Shown: positions 61,061 to 64,000 of the stretch, in pieces | Numbering within the stretch: the first letter of the stretch is position 1 | How the letters are laid out: every line of letters begins with the position of its first letter | Origin: the human T2T-CHM13v2.0 reference genome, Homo sapiens | Direction: 5' to 3' (one strand) | DNA length: 64,000 bases | NCBI RefSeq assembly: GCF_009914755.1 | Contig: NC_060930.1 | Notes under the pieces: model-generated | Database searches by the model: none | What the model saw: only the letters and a program-made list of their open reading frames with translations | What the model was told of the DNA's origin: nothing | Position numbers and translations under genes: made by a program

Positions 61061-61869
61061 TAGAAAGGTCTACTTACTTACTGGGACAACTTTGTCTCTC
61101 AAGCTTTTATAGCAATACACAGTTGATATCTGTACCATGGCCACTTGATCCAGAGACCCGAGCCTAGTAAGCACTAAATGTTTTTACTTCCGTCATCAAA
61201 TATTTATTGTGCACTTAAATATGTGCCAAGTATGGTTTTAAGATCTGTGGAGGAACAGTGAACAAAATCCTGGCATACCCTGCCAACTGTTTCCCTGCTG
61301 ATGTTTTCTGGGTAGAACACCACTAGGCTTTTAATACGAACACGTCATAGAAAATACCTATTATCTTTCAATAAAATATTTTTAGAATCAAATTTAGAGA
61401 AAAAAATGTATTAGAAAAAAACATATTTTCCTAAAACTCAAATATGAGTTTTAACTAAACATTATACATGAAATGTCTCAAGTTCTATCATGAAAGAAAT
61501 TGTGAAACAGGAAAATCACATGTAGATATTTTGAAAATTGTGGTATCAGCACAGAAAATGTGTGTCTGGGGTGCCTCTGGTTTTAAGAAGAGGTGTGTTC
61601 CTATAAATAAGACAACTTCTTGTTAATAAGCAGATTGTTTGAAGTACCAAAAAATATTTTTTTCATGCATTTTACATTTTTGCTTGATGATAGTTTTTTA
61701 CTTATAAATGTTTTACTGTTTTATATACATGTTGGGAAATTGGTTGTGGTTTTGGGTTTATATGTAATACATTATTTTCTGTCTACTACTAATAATAGGA
61801 AATGGATTCCTGGTTAACATTTTCACACAGAACATATGATTTTCTGGAACAGATTATTAACATTACAAG

Positions 61870-62320
61870 GGAGTTGCCTGGTAGTCAGAGATCCCTGCGA
61901 TGGTGGAGCTGATATTCTAGAGGTAATTGAGAGACAATAAACATGATAAACATGGGTATTATCCAGTATGTTAGATGTGAATAAGCACTACAAAGAGCTA
62001 TTAACCTAGTAGTCGGGTAGGGAATATGTATTTGTGTGGCAGGCACAAATGCAATTTTGGATCGAAGAGAAAGTGATCATGGAATAAAAACCCAAGAGAG
62101 GTGAGAAAGCCAACTATAGGTACATGTTGGGTAAAAACCATTCCAGGCAAAGACAGAATCACAAAGAATATTTCTGGTGAATTTCAATAGCAACGTGGAG
62201 CTTTGCTGGAGAAATACAAGAGATGAGGAGCATAGATGGTGATGGCATCGAAGAAGCAAGGACGTTGGGAAGAAAATCATACAGAAATAATGATGGTGGT
62301 AAGTGGTAAACACAACCGTT
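61870..62320 (-). mobile_element. L2 remnant
   Basis: ggagctgatattctag..gagacaataaac; cattccaggcaaag. Confidence 0.6.
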
Positions 62321-64000
62321 TTTTTCTGGTATTGAACCACTGTCCGTCCTTCAAGGCATTTTTATTTTCTTTCTACTTTACCTAAGATAGAAGCCTTGAA
62401 CATACATCTTCCCCAATCTGTTTTCTTGAGAACTGTGTGATCACAGGAACACAGCTAATTATAGGGAAGGTCTGTTTCACAATCACAATTATTTTGGCAA
62501 CCAATCATCTCCCATGGTACAAAGTTCCATTTGTAAGACACTATTATTCATTTCCTAAATTCATATTTAGTACAAAATGACAGACAGAATGTGTCCTCTA
62601 CTGCTGAAGTCCAAAATCACATGATACACTGAAACATGCTGACAGGCAGAATTGTGGAATCTCCCTTCCCCAGAAATGTTTAAGAATGAGACTCTTCCCA
62701 AAGGGCAAGAGTCCCACCCAAAGGACAGGAGGTAGGTGGGCTTTGATGAGTCCTCTCAACACAGTGATTCTTCTGTTATTTCTCTCTAGGGGTCTCTTGT
62801 GGGGGTAAATTATTTAGTGATTATGAAGAGATTTTCTTTTCTTCACAGGGAAATAACAAGCTACATAAATCATATACAGATTGCTGTCAAGTTGAAATGT
62901 TGCTAAAAACTATGTACCTCCTAACCAGATAGTCTTTTTTAAAAAATACCAGAAGGGTGCTGTCATAAAATTTAATTTGATCCTGAAATGCTTAACAAAG
63001 ACCAAGACATGAGGGAAGCAGAGGTCAGACCCAGACACATGGGTTGGAAAAGAGAATGATGATACAGATTCTAGTGATAGCGCTGTGCTGACACAGAGAC
63101 AGATGAGGAAAAAGACACAGAAACTTTGAAGGTGAAAAACAGGATAAATCAAAGAGGGTAGTCTGAAGAATAAGAAGAGGTTTTAAAATAGCATTTCTCA
63201 GGAAAGTGGTAAGTTGAATCTTCTTTTGTGATGATATCAGGATGTTTCTTTCTACTTTAGAGCAGCTTGAGTTTAAAGAAGGGAGACCATCATCCAGAGA
63301 GTTTAAACAAGTAGGGGTAGGAAAGGCAGTGAGGCAATTGTGACCTAGCCTGGAACATAATTAAACATAACCAAATGACCAATAACTTATTATAACAATA
63401 AAAGAAAACAAAAAACAGTGATAATGTCATTGGGAAAATAAATTTTATCACATCTCTTCATTCACGTCTTTTATTTTTAACTTGTAGAATCTAGATTTTT
63501 TAAAAACTAAAAGTTAAATATAATTCAGTTACATAAATCTAGTCTTGTTTTTATCGAGAGAATGGAAAACTTCAATATATGAAATAGCTGTAGTGTTAAC
63601 TTTTAGAGCAAAAATTTTAAACAAACATGTTGACCTATTGTGAATAGTATGAAATGGAAAGTAAATTATTCTGGGAAAAAGTCAGTTCCAATATGGATGC
63701 CAAGAGCACTAGCCACCTCATTTTGCTTGGCTGCTATTCTAATGTCTGGGCAATTCTTGATGGGTTCGGAAGTTAAGGAAGTCATGGATGGGTATGGAAT
63801 GCACCTTGGAGTTAGAATCACTTTTCTCTGGTGAGAAGGAGTAAGAAGAGGAAAATTCCATGTATTGGATTCCTCTATATAAAGAACCACCTTTTAAAAT
63901 AACTTAGAAATGTTGTTCATGAGTTTCAGAACTCCACAGAGCTGGAAATTTTGGCAACATAAGCCTATATGCCCATAGAGCTCTTAATCATGAGAATGAG

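Overview
This is primate (very probably human or another hominoid) AT-rich non-coding genomic DNA, intronic or intergenic, with roughly half of it recognisable transposon relics. These include AluJ/S/Y, L1PA3/5/8A/~16, old L1M, L2, MIR, THE1B/C, MLT1/MLT2, a complete MST LTR-int-LTR, MER21-group LTRs, MER5A/20/33/58 and a nearly full-length interrupted Tigger1. I recognise no intact protein-coding gene, RNA gene, CRISPR array or microbial system. Every informative ORF in the track derives from L1, L2, Alu, LTR or Tigger1. The best-supported oddities are structural fossils. (i) Two independent 60-85 bp templated insertions were each copied from a donor ~2.0 kb away. (ii) An L1PA5 is inserted into an older L1 almost exactly in register, giving an in-frame ORF2 chimera. 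(iii) An unidentified polyadenylated RNA was retrocopied into Tigger1 with AATAAA, poly(A), TSD and an L1-EN site. (iv) A tailless AluY fragment is partly inverted. (v) A young 40-bp minisatellite arose inside an MLT1 LTR. A repeat-poor 33-46 kb block holds exon-like degenerate reading frames that might be a decayed gene; this is speculative. Subfamily names come from memory of consensus sequences and were not computed.
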